Below are positions 63,652 to 64,000 of a stretch of 64,000 nucleotides of DNA, piece by piece. Source of the DNA: Mytilus trossulus (taxonomy: Eukaryota); the NCBI RefSeq assembly GCF_036588685.1, contig NC_086380.1:76136001-76200000 (forward strand), written 5' to 3'. Under the pieces are notes generated by a model. It searched no databases. It was not told the DNA's origin and saw nothing but the letters and a program-made list of their open reading frames with translations. A program made the position numbers and the translations under genes. How positions within the stretch are numbered: the stretch's first letter is position 1; every line of letters begins with the position of its first letter.

Positions 63652-63742
63652 AAACCAATACTTGCACCAAATAAACAAGTATAATCAATACTTGTACCAA
63701 ATATACAAAAATAACCAATACTTGTACCAAATATCCAAGTAT
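63652..63742. repeat. 30-bp tandem repeat, 3 copies
   Basis: caatacttgtaccaaata at 63656, 63686 and 63716. Confidence 0.85.
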
Positions 63743-64000
63743 ATATGTATACACTCTAAATATTAACGCCATAAAAGGCTATAATAAATACCAAAGACTT
63801 TGTAAAGTGGATATTTGCACGACAACGCCGATGCTCTATATTTAATAAGAAATAAACACAATTCATACATATAGGTACACATATAATATATATAACTCAA
63901 ACATCAGTATCAACAAAAAACTCTCCAAATAAAAAGCTTAATAAACTTTTAACTAGAATTAAAATTTACCAAGAAAATTCGACTGCTCAGATTGACGATG

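Overview
AT-rich eukaryotic DNA, most consistent with a bivalve mollusc (Mytilus-like), judging by the protein family and repeat types. The window is a head-to-tail (+ strand) cluster of eight paralogous RING-less TRIM-like genes (B-box1, B-box2, coiled coil, NHL-like six-bladed beta-propeller), each with a single ~1.65 kb coding exon. Five are intact (7991, 20929, 33074, 45896, 57189) and three are disrupted (770 nonsense, 13476 frameshift, 25201 5'-truncated with two insertions). The N-terminal half is highly conserved, while short loops in each propeller blade are hypervariable, and several copies look chimeric. Each full-length coding exon starts 8-11 nt after a splice acceptor. Most are preceded by a conserved promoter/non-coding exon 1 cassette (ETS-like CCAGGAAGTG, CAGCGCCACGTAG box, CAG|GT donor, IRF-like AAACCGAAAGT). 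Upstream of copy 7 this cassette is amplified four times in a ~1.5 kb tandem array, whereas intact copy 2 has lost it. Non-coding DNA holds a ~359-nt-period retrozyme with one intact type I hammerhead ribozyme, twister-like motifs in four repeat families, Penelope-like RT fragments, Tc1/Kolobok/Helentron-type non-autonomous elements and locally born minisatellites. All calls were made by eye; no searches were run.
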